64,000 nucleotides of DNA from an uncultured Methanobrevibacter sp. (GTDB lineage: Archaea > Methanobacteriota > Methanobacteria > Methanobacteriales > Methanobacteriaceae), in the NCBI GenBank assembly GCA_902794475.1, contig CADBHR010000002.1, positions 22,263-86,262 of the forward strand. The letters run 5' to 3'. Positions 19,224-29,397 of the stretch are shown here, piece after piece. A program made the translations under genes and the position numbers. Every line of letters begins with the position of its first letter. Positions within the stretch are counted from its first letter, which is position 1. The notes under the pieces were generated by a model. It did no database searches, was not told the DNA's origin, and was given only the letters and a program-made list of their open reading frames with translations.

Positions 19224-20003
19224 TCATTTAAAATATGCTTCAAAATCCGGAAGAATTATTTCAAAAAAACGGTTGTCATAAATTCCTAAATCACTTCTGC
19301 TTGCCTTTTTGGGAAAATCCTTCCTCATGACTTCCAGATTATTTCCCATCCACTGATTGATTCTTTTTATCAGACTCAAATCCAAATCATCGCTGCAATT
19401 ACCTTTATAATAAGTGATTAAACCATTTATATCCCTTTTAATATTTTCATCTAGATTATTAGCCTGTTTCAAGAGGTCAAATATGTTTATTGAAGGATTG
19501 CCGTTTTCATCAAGCACCATCCAAGTCAGTATGCATCTGGAATTGTACATATACATCTTTATGACCCTTCTGGTTATCTTCAAGTTTTCCTCTGACAATT
19601 TTTTCCAATTACTCTTTACAATGTTAAGATAATGGTATTTCAATACCGCATTGTCAAAATCAGGCAAATTTTTAAAAATATCCAATTTTGAATCGACATA
19701 TACTATCGGACTTATGGTCCATTCCCTCAGATTGGGATTGCTTCGATAATGAAGGTAAAGCGCTTTTCTGATGTCCCATCCGACAATATCCAAATCACCG
19801 TCCATCTTCTCGATTACATCATTCTTTTCGGATAATGACAAATAATCCTTCACATCATTCAGTTTATATATAAAACGAACATCATAATCACTTTCAGAAT
19901 TATCAAATCCCCATGCCCTTGAACCAGACTCACAGGCATATAGAATTGACACATCATTTTCAATTTCAATGGAATTTAGTTGATCAACAATCTGTGATTT
20001 CAT
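19224..20003 (-). CDS. Second RlaP/YcgL-type nucleotidyltransferase
   Basis: ESGSRAWG...SDYDVRFIY, GWDIRKAL, SNPNLREW; paralog of 12877-13641. Confidence 0.85.
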   Translation of the reverse strand: MKSQIVDQLNSIEIENDVSILYACESGSRAWGFDNSESDYDVRFIYKLNDVKDYLSLSEKNDVIEKMDGDLDIVGWDIRKALYLHYRSNPNLREWTISPIVYVDSKLDIFKNLPDFDNAVLKYHYLNIVKSNWKKLSEENLKITRRVIKMYMYNSRCILTWMVLDENGNPSINIFDLLKQANNLDENIKRDINGLITYYKGNCSDDLDLSLIKRINQWMGNNLEVMRKDFPKKASRSDLGIYDNRFFEIILPDFEAYFK

Positions 20004-20058
20004 GATATACCTAAAAAAAAATAAAATAAGGATAAATTTAAAATTAAATTATCCTTTC

Positions 20059-20442
20059 CTATTCAAGATTATCGTAGATTTCCTTAAGTTCTTCAATGGA
20101 TTTCTCGGATAATTCTTGATCTTGTTTGTTTTCGATGATTGCTAAAATTTTAGCCTTTTGAGCTCTGTTAGCCATTGCTCTTTTATTAGCTTCAATTTCA
20201 GCTTGTTTCATGTTAAAGATTTCTTTAACAATACTGATTTTAGTTTCAATTTCAAATTTCTTTGGATTTTCCTTTGTTTGTAAAAGGGAATCTCCCTGAA
20301 GATCAGCTTCATTCTTTTTCAATTCTCTGTAGATTAAATCAAGGTCTTCCAATTTTAAATCGAACAAGTCTTCGACATTAATCAAACCTTTGAATTCAAA
20401 TCTGTACTTGTTTTTTAAACATTCAATCCATATGTCAGTCAT
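20059..20442 (-). CDS. Small coiled-coil hypothetical protein, partner of the upstream 660-aa gene
   Basis: GGAGGT RBS before MTDIW; KYRFEFKGLINVEDLFDL motif. Confidence 0.7.
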   Translation of the reverse strand: MTDIWIECLKNKYRFEFKGLINVEDLFDLKLEDLDLIYRELKKNEADLQGDSLLQTKENPKKFEIETKISIVKEIFNMKQAEIEANKRAMANRAQKAKILAIIENKQDQELSEKSIEELKEIYDNLE

Positions 20443-20474
20443 TGAATACCTCCTAATTTTATTCATAATATCAT

Positions 20475-22457
20475 CTAAATAACAACGTTTATTACTCTTT
20501 CGATATTCTCGCTTTTTACTTTTAATGTTACTTTATTCCTTTGAGTGAATGAAAATCCAATACCGCTCAATTGATTGTCGGATTCTTCAACACGTCCAAC
20601 ACTTGCCAAACCTTCCATTACTCTTTTGTGTTCATTCAATTCATTGATTAAGAATTCATTGAACCAAGGACGGGCCTTATCATCACTGACACAATCCTTT
20701 AAGATAAAGAAGATATGCTTGTTTCCAACTTCATTATCGCCCCAGTAGTTCGGACTGTAGCAAATCAATGATACAGGAACAAAGGTGTCATATGTCAAGC
20801 CCCATTCGGTAATGTTGGAAGCGTTAGATTCAAGCATGTTCTTTAATGTGAAATTGTAGTCCTTATCCAATATTACTTTTGCAACATCGACATAATTTTT
20901 ATGATTTATTTTAAATGGATATGTATAAGCATTTATTTTTCCATCAAATTCAATTTCGGCTTGGAATCCCCAGTCACCGCCACGATAAGTATATTGGTGC
21001 ACACGGAACAGGTATTCGCCCGGAATCATATCGTGTTTGTTTTTAAATCGGATATTTTCAACAGCAGGCTTATTCTTTTCGGGATCAATAATATCCACAT
21101 CCAGCCAACCGCCGGTTCTATTGCTTTTCTTTTTATGATAGTAAATTTCATTGCCGTCAGGTTCAGTACAATGTGCATCCAAATCGTTTTTGTCCCATTC
21201 ACCAGTATCATTCCATTGAATGGAGAATCTTAAATCCACATCTACATCCCCACCCATTGATTTGACTCTTTCTTTCATCAAGCTGTCTGCTAAATTATTT
21301 TTATAAGACCATGAAAATAAATTATCCCACTTGAACATGCTTGGAGCGTCCTTATTGACAGGAGCGATTAAAGACATGAAATTATTTCTCAAACTGTAAT
21401 CAAGATACAATTCCACTTCCTGAGCATTAGGCAATACATTTTCAATGAAACTGTCCAATGGAATTTCCTGAACCTTATCATAGTTCTGCCTTTTTTTAGA
21501 AGCAAAATCCTTAAGTTTATCAAATAGATTCTCATTATCTTGGAGCTGAGGTGTTACATCCCTATTTGCAAACAGAATATCATTTACGCTTAAATCTTCC
21601 ATTACTGCAAATCTACGGGCGATACTGTCACCAAAACCTAATTCAGTAATTTTTTCTTCTGCTTTTTCAATCATTTTTTTAGTGAAAACTGGCTTAGGCC
21701 TTTTGTAGTTAGCAGGGGAAACGATTTCTTCATATTTTTCAACAGCATTATCTAAAGGCATGCCTTCAGTGATATTTAAAAGTAATGTGCCGATACTTCT
21801 GTTTTTGATTCTGGATATTACAGGACCAAGATCAATACTATTAATCCAGAAGAAAATATTCTCATCAGGAAATTGTGAATCTTCATATTCTTCAAGATAC
21901 TCCTTGAATATGGATAATTCATCATACCATTCATTTCCTCTGTATAAATTATTGGATTCAATTAGTTCCAAAACCGTTTCGACAGCATTAATTGAAATAC
22001 TCTTTGTAGAAGATTCCAAAACATGCCTATCAGTCTTTGCATCGGAAATGGAATGAAAATCACCAATATGGGCTTCGGGAACATCAATGTAAAAGTGATT
22101 AAAGTTGATTACTTGCCCATCTTCCAGCATCTTCTGGTTACATTTTTCACCGATCCTTTTATCATAAGATTTGAATATGTCTTCAATGCGACACTGTTTT
22201 ACAAAATCATCCAACTTATTAAAGGTATACTCATAATCAGGATGTGTTTCACATCCAAATAAAGTGATAATCTCGTAATTCTCTTCATCCACTGCCACAA
22301 CATTTCCAACTTTTTTAAAAAAACGTTCGCAAGCAAAACAATCATGACGTCTATTTTCAATGAAAATCGGATTTATATCCTCTGGAAGTGAATTAAGGTA
22401 TAAATTCCATAAATCCCAATTATTACAGTCAACTTTGAAAAGCTTTTTGGTTGCCAT
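20475..22457 (-). CDS. Large hypothetical protein with an HDCxxC motif and a YfaP/DUF2135-like DLDAH...LDVD...ENI domain
   Basis: 660-aa ORF; HDCFACERF, DLDAHCTEPDG, GWLDVD, AVENI. The frame extends 5' to an ATC at 22508 behind a strong RBS. Confidence 0.75.
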   Translation of the reverse strand: MATKKLFKVDCNNWDLWNLYLNSLPEDINPIFIENRRHDCFACERFFKKVGNVVAVDEENYEIITLFGCETHPDYEYTFNKLDDFVKQCRIEDIFKSYDKRIGEKCNQKMLEDGQVINFNHFYIDVPEAHIGDFHSISDAKTDRHVLESSTKSISINAVETVLELIESNNLYRGNEWYDELSIFKEYLEEYEDSQFPDENIFFWINSIDLGPVISRIKNRSIGTLLLNITEGMPLDNAVEKYEEIVSPANYKRPKPVFTKKMIEKAEEKITELGFGDSIARRFAVMEDLSVNDILFANRDVTPQLQDNENLFDKLKDFASKKRQNYDKVQEIPLDSFIENVLPNAQEVELYLDYSLRNNFMSLIAPVNKDAPSMFKWDNLFSWSYKNNLADSLMKERVKSMGGDVDVDLRFSIQWNDTGEWDKNDLDAHCTEPDGNEIYYHKKKSNRTGGWLDVDIIDPEKNKPAVENIRFKNKHDMIPGEYLFRVHQYTYRGGDWGFQAEIEFDGKINAYTYPFKINHKNYVDVAKVILDKDYNFTLKNMLESNASNITEWGLTYDTFVPVSLICYSPNYWGDNEVGNKHIFFILKDCVSDDKARPWFNEFLINELNEHKRVMEGLASVGRVEESDNQLSGIGFSFTQRNKVTLKVKSENIERVINVVI

Positions 22458-22581
22458 ATTCTTTTCAAAATGCTCATATATCTTATCTCTTTGCCATTCG
22501 AAACTGATTTTATCACCACCTATAAATTTTAGAAAATATTCTACAATTCAATATATATTTAAAATAATATATAAATTTTAT

Positions 22582-22595
22582 AAAGTAAATGCTTT
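22582..22595. promoter_or_regulatory. AAAG-N6-CTTT box between divergent genes
   Basis: AAAGTAAATGCTTT; TTTATATA 6 bp away on -, CTTATAAT 6 bp away on +. Confidence 0.65.
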
Positions 22596-22631
22596 ACTTT
22601 ACTTATAATTAATCAACTCCAAAATAACAGC

Positions 22632-23315
22632 ATGAAATATGAAAAAAGAATAAGATTTAAATTAATGATTTTGAGAAGATACGGATTAAACATTGACAAA
22701 TACAAAACCAACAAAATGGTAAGAGACATTTATCTTCAAAAAAGACATGAAATGGGAAAAAATAGAAATCTGGAGAAATATTGGCAAATTTTAACTTTCA
22801 TTGGCAAAAAGGACATTGACAAGGACCGCTTCCATTACATTTACTGGGAAATCGGAGAATGTCTGTTTAAGCTTAAAAGGTATAATGATGCATCAAATTA
22901 TTTCAAAATAGCTATTGATAATGCAATAAGTAGCTCCTATAAGAAAAACAAATCCAAATTCAAATCACAACATTATGACTATTTTTTGAAGAACTATCAG
23001 CTTGCAGTGCTGTGCTTCATCAAAGCCGGAGAATTCCGCCAAGCAGATTATTATTTCAATCTCAACATGTATTGTGACGGATATACAAAATTAAAAGATT
23101 ACTATCTTGCTGAGCTCTATGCATCATTGGGGGCTAAGAATCAGGCTATAACTTATTACGACAAAATAATCAATGAAATAGATAATATAAAAATCATCAA
23201 GCTTACCGACTATGATCCCTACGTGAATGGATATCTTGAAGAGGAATACAATCAGAAAGTTCAGGAAAAGGAAAAAAGAAAAGAGGAGATTTTTGAAATT
23301 ATAGATTCATTATAA
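22632..23315 (+). CDS. TPR-like helical protein
   Basis: YWEIGECLFKLKRYNDASNYFKIAI; LAELYASLGAKNQAITYYDKII. Confidence 0.65.
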   Translation: MKYEKRIRFKLMILRRYGLNIDKYKTNKMVRDIYLQKRHEMGKNRNLEKYWQILTFIGKKDIDKDRFHYIYWEIGECLFKLKRYNDASNYFKIAIDNAISSSYKKNKSKFKSQHYDYFLKNYQLAVLCFIKAGEFRQADYYFNLNMYCDGYTKLKDYYLAELYASLGAKNQAITYYDKIINEIDNIKIIKLTDYDPYVNGYLEEEYNQKVQEKEKRKEEIFEIIDSL

Positions 23316-23654
23316 TTCACTTAATTTCCTTTCGGCTTCTCTTGAAACGATAAACCTGTCACTTTCTGCAATATCCTCCAAAATAGATTTGGATTTGATT
23401 CTTTCAACTGCATGAAATGCGACATACTCATCATAGTCATTAAAGGCAATTTCTTTTAACAATTCCTCATCATCCAATTTCATGACATAAGCCATTCTAA
23501 TCTTTTCATCGCTGTTATCCAATTCATGGCCAAAGCAGTCTGTTAATTTCCTTTTGATTTTGGAAAAAAGATTCATCAGTCCCAAAATTAAAACAGCAAA
23601 TACGAACAGGGCAAAAATGACTTTGAAAAATAATGCAATTAATTCAGACAACAT
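23310..23654 (-). CDS. Membrane-anchored short HEAT-like repeat protein
   Basis: N-terminal hydrophobic helix followed by EIAFND...VAFHAVERI repeats. Confidence 0.65.
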   Translation of the reverse strand: MLSELIALFFKVIFALFVFAVLILGLMNLFSKIKRKLTDCFGHELDNSDEKIRMAYVMKLDDEELLKEIAFNDYDEYVAFHAVERIKSKSILEDIAESDRFIVSREAERKLSEL

Positions 23655-23658
23655 AATA

Positions 23659-24627
23659 TCAACCCAATAACTTTTTTAATCTCACTTTTGCAGATTCACG
23701 TACGAATCTGTTTTCATCACTCTCAATTACACTCAAAACAAATGCCCTATCCTCAATGTGCTTAATGGCATTAACACGAATCCATGAGTGAAGATCGGTT
23801 TTTGCGATTTCCTTTAACCTTAACTCATCAGTGATGTAGTTGACCGCCTCGTTTCTAACATACCATGTCCTGTCGGTTTTTGAAACTTCATATATTACAT
23901 CCTGGGAGATATTGGCATTCCCAACAGCCGCAAGCCTGACGTTCCAGTTTTGATGATTTTTGGCATAGTTCTCCAAAACATCCTCATTTTTTAAATTAGG
24001 ATTTCTGATAGCTTCTTTTAAAACTTCCTTATATGTTTCGTTTTTTATTATGTCTATTAAAGCATCTTCATCGGTGATTCTCCTTACCGCTTCGATGCGA
24101 ACGCAGTAGATTTCATCATCCCTTGCAATCTCCGCTAAAACGTTTTCATCTGTTATCTTTTGAACCGCCTTTACGCGAGCCTGCCAAGTCAATGAATATC
24201 TTGCAATCCCAATGAGCTTTTCCTCATCGAATATCCTTTCGACATCCCTTTCAGTTATAATCAAGCTTGAATCACTCCTTTTGATTCTATCCCATGCAAG
24301 CTTTCTTACGTGATGATTCGCATCATGCCTTGCAATGTGGACAAGGATATCTCCATCATCAATCCTGTTCAATGCGGCCTTTCTGACAGAATGTGACTGG
24401 TCCTTTAGAACAATTTCCCTCAAGACATCTTGATCGTTGATTCTGTTGACCGCCACCTTTCTGACAAGCGCACTGGCATCGCCGGTTACAACTTCAATCA
24501 GAATGTTCTCATCATCGATTCGCCTTACTGCCGCACGCATTACATATTTATCAGAATTTGCAAGGCAGATTTTAGCAAGGCTATCGAAATCAGTTATTTT
24601 TCTTACATCTTTAACGCTTACAGTCAC
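23659..24627 (-). CDS. HEAT-like repeat protein
   Basis: Tandem VR..AV..I.DE..L.EI units; GTG start with GGAGG RBS. Confidence 0.8.
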   Translation of the reverse strand: MTVSVKDVRKITDFDSLAKICLANSDKYVMRAAVRRIDDENILIEVVTGDASALVRKVAVNRINDQDVLREIVLKDQSHSVRKAALNRIDDGDILVHIARHDANHHVRKLAWDRIKRSDSSLIITERDVERIFDEEKLIGIARYSLTWQARVKAVQKITDENVLAEIARDDEIYCVRIEAVRRITDEDALIDIIKNETYKEVLKEAIRNPNLKNEDVLENYAKNHQNWNVRLAAVGNANISQDVIYEVSKTDRTWYVRNEAVNYITDELRLKEIAKTDLHSWIRVNAIKHIEDRAFVLSVIESDENRFVRESAKVRLKKLLG

Positions 24628-24690
24628 TCGGCAACCTCCTTTAATCTGTTTACAAAGAGATTTATATCAAAAAAAGTATTTAAGTCAGTT

Positions 24691-24704
24691 AAAGAAAATC
24701 ATTT
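24691..24704. promoter_or_regulatory. AAAG-N6-ATTT box
   Basis: AAAGAAAATCATTT, 6 bp from minus-strand CTTAAATA. Confidence 0.5.
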
Positions 24705-26013
24705 AATCAAATTGGATTAAGTCATGAAACCATACCCTTTTAGTAAACTCTTCGCCAATGTGTATTACAACACCATTCCAATCTGTTGGCTTTACATTGA
24801 ATCTTGAAAAATTATCTGCGAAAGTGGAGGATTCGATTGTAAATTCAGCCTTTCGAGTATATATTGCGCCGCCTCCCCCTTCCTGTGCAATATTTTTTGA
24901 TACTGTGGATTCCTGAACTTTTAAACTGCTTCGAATGTTATATATTGCTCCCCCATTCCAATTTGCCATGTTATCATTTAATATTGATTTTACAATGGTC
25001 AAATCACCATCTATAACAAATATTGCTCCGCCATCCCTGATAGCCCTATTATCTTCAAGTGATGATTCGGAAATATTCAGCAAGCCTTCACGATTATTGT
25101 ATATTGCTCCGCCATTCCCATTTCTTGCCGAATTTTTTGTGAAAGCAGCCTTGTTCAAGATTGCTTTTCCACCATCATTATTTAGCGCTCCGCCATGCTC
25201 GGCCACATTGGCTAGAAGTGTAGACCCTTCAATATTCAATGTGCCCTTCCCATTGAATATTGCTCCGCCATGATTATATGAAATGTTTAAATTGAATGTG
25301 GAATCAGCAATGCTTAAGATAGCATCGTTATCATTGAATATTACTCCCCCATCCCAATTTGCTTTATTACTTACAAATATAGAGTTGACAACGCTTAAAA
25401 CACACCCATAATTATTGAATAATGCTCCACCATCCCCACTTGCCTCATTTTTAGCAAAAATGGAGTTCACAAGAGTTGATTGCCCCCTATTCATTATGGA
25501 AGCTCCATTTGCAGAAGCATTACCTGTGAAAGATGATTCCTCGACCATTAAAATGCCCTTATCGTTGCATATAGCTCCACCTTCACCATCAGAATTTGGA
25601 TTATAATAAGATGAAATATTATCGTTGAATTCAGATTTTGTTATAGTCAGGTTGCCTTTGCAGTTATATATGGCGCCTCCGGCACATTTTGTTTTGTTTT
25701 CTATGAATTGGGAGTTCATTATGGCCAAATCAGCAGCATTGTAAATTGCACCGCCATTATCTTTTGAAAATCCGTTTTTAAATGTGATGTTTTTGATTTG
25801 GACATTCCTGCCACTGCATCTAAATATCCGAGTCTTCTCACGGGCGTCAATTGAATGGCCGTTTCCATCAACAATCAAATCATCAGCATCAATTTCAATG
25901 CCCTGCAGATATTTCGATTCCTCATCCTCTCCAAGGACAATGTCACAGTCCAGAACTATCTCGTTAAATCCAGAGCGAATCAGCTCATCCAAATATTCAA
26001 AATTATTACCCAT
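24703..26013 (-). CDS. GGAI/FxxN (Pmp-type) parallel beta-helix repeat protein; no signal peptide
   Basis: Many N.A..GGAI.N repeats; N-terminal NFEYLDELI...IVDGNGHSIDA. Confidence 0.8.
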   Translation of the reverse strand: MGNNFEYLDELIRSGFNEIVLDCDIVLGEDEESKYLQGIEIDADDLIVDGNGHSIDAREKTRIFRCSGRNVQIKNITFKNGFSKDNGGAIYNAADLAIMNSQFIENKTKCAGGAIYNCKGNLTITKSEFNDNISSYYNPNSDGEGGAICNDKGILMVEESSFTGNASANGASIMNRGQSTLVNSIFAKNEASGDGGALFNNYGCVLSVVNSIFVSNKANWDGGVIFNDNDAILSIADSTFNLNISYNHGGAIFNGKGTLNIEGSTLLANVAEHGGALNNDGGKAILNKAAFTKNSARNGNGGAIYNNREGLLNISESSLEDNRAIRDGGAIFVIDGDLTIVKSILNDNMANWNGGAIYNIRSSLKVQESTVSKNIAQEGGGGAIYTRKAEFTIESSTFADNFSRFNVKPTDWNGVVIHIGEEFTKRVWFHDLIQFD

Positions 26014-26095
26014 ATTTCCCCCATCTGAATCAATTAATAATATTTAAGTTGATTATTCTAAAAAAAGTTTTGTAGGATGAAAGCGACAGGCACTT

Positions 26096-28282
26096 TCATC
26101 CTAAGTAGTGTTCAGCACTGAAAGGTTCTGAAGAAAGTCCTTTTCTTTGACGGATTTCAGTCACGATTTTATCTTGCAAGTGAGAAGGCAATATAGCGAA
26201 TCCTTTCATTTCGGTTGAAAACAATCCTCTGCCTCCAGTTGCAGATCTGATGTCACCTGCAAATCCGAACATTTCAGCTATAGGAACTTCGAATTCCATT
26301 TCACTGACATCGCCAAAGATTTCCTGGTCGGTCATGATACCTCTCCTGTTTTGGATTTCAACACTGCATGCACCAATGTATTCGATTGGAGCGGAAATGA
26401 AAACCTTTTGGATAGGCTCTACCAAACAAGGATTTGCAAGCATAATTGCACCGTATATGGCATTTTTAATAGCAGGAAGCACTTGAGAAGGTCCTCTGTG
26501 AACAGCATCCTCGTGAAGCTTAGCATCAACCAATTTGAATTTCAAACCGGTAACCTCTTCAGCGGCCAATGGCCCCTCTTTAAGTGCAGTTTCAAATCCT
26601 TCAAGCAATAGCTCTTTTACTTCATCCAGATGCTGAATACCACGAGTCATGTTCAGGAACATGGATTTGTTATATATTTCCCAAACACGTCTTGCCTCTT
26701 CCTTGTCCATACCGAATTCTGTGAACTTTTGGACCATATCCTTAGATTTGATCTGGCCTTCATTTAACTCCTTGTTGTTTAATGCATTAACAATAGCCTC
26801 ATCTAACGGCTCTATCTCAAGGTAGAATCTGTTGTGTTTGTTTGGAGATTTTCCTTCGACAGGACCTGCAGTACCTAAAACGCTTTCCCTGTAAACTACA
26901 ATAGGCTCTGATGTAATTATATCCAAGTTTTCATCATTTTTTATCCTGGTAGTTACAATTTCAAGGTGAAGCTCTCCCATACCTGAGATTAGTTGTTCGC
27001 CGGTTTTTGGGTTAATGTTGACTTTAACAGTTGGATCCTGTCTTGCAACATCCCTTAAGACTTCAATCAATTTAGGCAAGTCCTTTATGTTTTTAGGTTC
27101 AATGGCAACTGTCACAACAGGTTCTGAAATATGGTCAATCGGTTCAAATTCAGCTATCCTGTTTTCCGGTGAACATAATGTTTCACCTGCAGTTGCATCT
27201 TTAATACCGATTACGAATGCAATATTTCCTGCCGGAACCTTATCAGTGTCAATGATATTGGCACCGTTAAATATTCCTACCCGTTGTATACGGGATTTCT
27301 TCTTGGATCCTACCAAATAAACTTCATCTCCCTTTTTCAATGTTCCGCCGTAAACCCTGCAAGTTGAAATGAAACCTGCCTGCTTATCAATAGCAACATT
27401 TGTAATCATTGCTGCAAGAGGGCCTTCTGCAGAGGCATTCAACATTGTCTGACCTTCATTTGACTCAACATCCCCTTTCCAGATTTTTAAAACCCTGTAA
27501 TTTTGTGCAACATCAGGGGAAGGCAAGTGTTCAATCACCATATTGAGTAAAATTTCATGTAACGGCAAAAGTTCCGCCAATTCGTCAGCACCATCATTTC
27601 TGCAATATTCAATAATGTCGCTTAAGTTGATGCCAGTTTTTTCAACAGTCGGAATATTTATTGCCCAATTCTGAAAGGCTGAACCGAATGCTACACTACC
27701 ATCAGTAAAGTCGACCTGCCAATCTTTATCAGGAGATATGTCCTTTATTAATTTATTTACATCCATGAAAATCTTAAGAAATTTTTCCTTAAGCTGATCG
27801 GCATCATATTTTAACTCATTAATTAACCTGTCCACCTTGTTTATGAAAAGTACAGGTTTCACATCTTCCTTAATGGCCTGCCTTAGAACTGTTTCGGTTT
27901 GTGGTTTAATACCTTCAACAGCGCATACAACAACAACTGCACCATCAACAGCCCTCATAGCACGGGTCACATCTCCTCCAAAGTCAACATGGCCAGGAGT
28001 GTCTATTAAGTTAATCAGATATTTTTCGCCATTGTACTCTTGAACCATGGAAGCATTGGCTGCATCGATAGTGATACCTTTGCCATCTTCCAAAACGTCA
28101 CTATCAAGCGCTCGTTTTTCACCGGCTAAATCCTTGGAGATTAATCCTGCACTGGCCAATAAATTATCGGACAAGGTTGTTTTTCCATGATCAATATGAG
28201 CACAGATTCCAATGTTTCTAATCTTTTGAGGTTCATACATTAATTCTTCTATTTTTTTAATCTTTTTGTTTTGTTTTGCCAT
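26096..28282 (-). CDS. fusA: Archaeal elongation factor 2 (stand-alone, probably a second copy)
   Basis: [43 protein letters not shown]; no S12/S7/EF-1alpha neighbours. Confidence 0.93.
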   Translation of the reverse strand: MAKQNKKIKKIEELMYEPQKIRNIGICAHIDHGKTTLSDNLLASAGLISKDLAGEKRALDSDVLEDGKGITIDAANASMVQEYNGEKYLINLIDTPGHVDFGGDVTRAMRAVDGAVVVVCAVEGIKPQTETVLRQAIKEDVKPVLFINKVDRLINELKYDADQLKEKFLKIFMDVNKLIKDISPDKDWQVDFTDGSVAFGSAFQNWAINIPTVEKTGINLSDIIEYCRNDGADELAELLPLHEILLNMVIEHLPSPDVAQNYRVLKIWKGDVESNEGQTMLNASAEGPLAAMITNVAIDKQAGFISTCRVYGGTLKKGDEVYLVGSKKKSRIQRVGIFNGANIIDTDKVPAGNIAFVIGIKDATAGETLCSPENRIAEFEPIDHISEPVVTVAIEPKNIKDLPKLIEVLRDVARQDPTVKVNINPKTGEQLISGMGELHLEIVTTRIKNDENLDIITSEPIVVYRESVLGTAGPVEGKSPNKHNRFYLEIEPLDEAIVNALNNKELNEGQIKSKDMVQKFTEFGMDKEEARRVWEIYNKSMFLNMTRGIQHLDEVKELLLEGFETALKEGPLAAEEVTGLKFKLVDAKLHEDAVHRGPSQVLPAIKNAIYGAIMLANPCLVEPIQKVFISAPIEYIGACSVEIQNRRGIMTDQEIFGDVSEMEFEVPIAEMFGFAGDIRSATGGRGLFSTEMKGFAILPSHLQDKIVTEIRQRKGLSSEPFSAEHYLG

Positions 28283-28358
28283 ATTATGACTCCCTTAAGT
28301 TAATTAACGTATGAAAGCCGCTGTAAAAATAAAAAAATAAATTACAAAATTGTTTTAT

Positions 28359-28448
28359 CTAAAAAAAGCTAACTGTGCCAATCACAAAGCTTTCGCTAGA
28401 ACCGACTTTCATACAAATGAAATCTGATTCTAAATCTTCGAGCCCCAT
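28359..28448 (-). CDS. Putative 29-aa leader peptide MGLEDLESDFICMKVGSSESFVIGTVSFF upstream of EF-2
   Basis: Strong GGAGGTG RBS; TTTATATA at 28498-28505; 3' end overlaps a hairpin plus U7 tract. Confidence 0.5.
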   Translation of the reverse strand: MGLEDLESDFICMKVGSSESFVIGTVSFF

Positions 28449-28511
28449 GATTAACACCTCCTAAAAGTTTTCGTTAATATTTCTTTGATTATACTAGTAT
28501 ATAAATTAACT

Positions 28512-28525
28512 AAAGCAATTCCTTT
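28512..28525. promoter_or_regulatory. AAAG-N6-CTTT box for the EF-2 leader promoter
   Basis: AAAGCAATTCCTTT, 6 bp from minus-strand TTTATATA. Confidence 0.65.
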
Positions 28526-28527
28526 AG

Positions 28528-29388
28528 CTAACGCCAACCCGCAAACAGACTATCCCTATCCATCAATATTTCCCTATCCAAATCCTTTAAAACATCTATA
28601 TTCACAATACATCCATCAAACATGCCCACATAATTATTAGGACATACATTGGATAGGTCCCAATCACTTAAAGCGGAAATATCGGTTATTGATGAGCAAC
28701 TCGCAAACATGCACTCTGTGAATCTGACGTTTCCCACATCCCATGATTTTAAGGGTGAGATATCCGATAATGATTTGCAGTACTCAAACATGAACTCCAT
28801 GTTTTCCACATTGCAAACATTCCAATCACTTAAAGCCGATATGTCATTTAATGACTCACAAGACCCGAACATGCTCCTCATTTTCGAAACATTGCTGACG
28901 TCCCAATCCCTTAAAGCAGAAATATCGGTTAATGATTTGCAGAAGTTAAACATGCCTCCCATATCCTCCACATTGCCGACATCCAAATCACATAAAGATG
29001 ATATGTCATTTAATGAATTACAACCACTGAACATGTTTCTCATATCCACCACATTGCTCAAATCCCAATTCAAGACTAAAATGGATTTCAAATCCATACA
29101 ACTGGCAAACATCGATCCCAAGCTTTTCACTTCATTTGTCACACCAGATGCCACAACTACTTTTAGATAATAAAAAGAATTATATTTTCCCCTTAAATCC
29201 TCAAAACCTGACAAATCCTCACTTACATATAATACATCATCCACATCTTCAACATCTTCCCAATCTGTCAAGTTTGTTCCGTTTTTAAGTATGATTAAAA
29301 CATTATTGTCCTCCAAATCATAAATGCTTTTTGTAGTCGTGTTCAACCTTTCAAAATCTTCCAGATACTCATTTGAGTTCATTTCCAA
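28528..29388 (-). CDS. DUF285/BspA-like repeat protein; no signal peptide
   Basis: WDVSNV..M..MF..C.SL.DIS repeats; N-terminus paralogous to the 15700 gene (FE.LNTTTK.IY.L). Confidence 0.8.
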   Translation of the reverse strand: MEMNSNEYLEDFERLNTTTKSIYDLEDNNVLIILKNGTNLTDWEDVEDVDDVLYVSEDLSGFEDLRGKYNSFYYLKVVVASGVTNEVKSLGSMFASCMDLKSILVLNWDLSNVVDMRNMFSGCNSLNDISSLCDLDVGNVEDMGGMFNFCKSLTDISALRDWDVSNVSKMRSMFGSCESLNDISALSDWNVCNVENMEFMFEYCKSLSDISPLKSWDVGNVRFTECMFASCSSITDISALSDWDLSNVCPNNYVGMFDGCIVNIDVLKDLDREILMDRDSLFAGWR

Positions 29389-29397
29389 ACACCTTTT

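Noticed and set aside
28321-28414. GTATG...TTTTTACAG on the minus strand, resembling a spliceosomal intron
   Set aside because: Archaeal context, no branch-point consensus; better explained by the leader structure.
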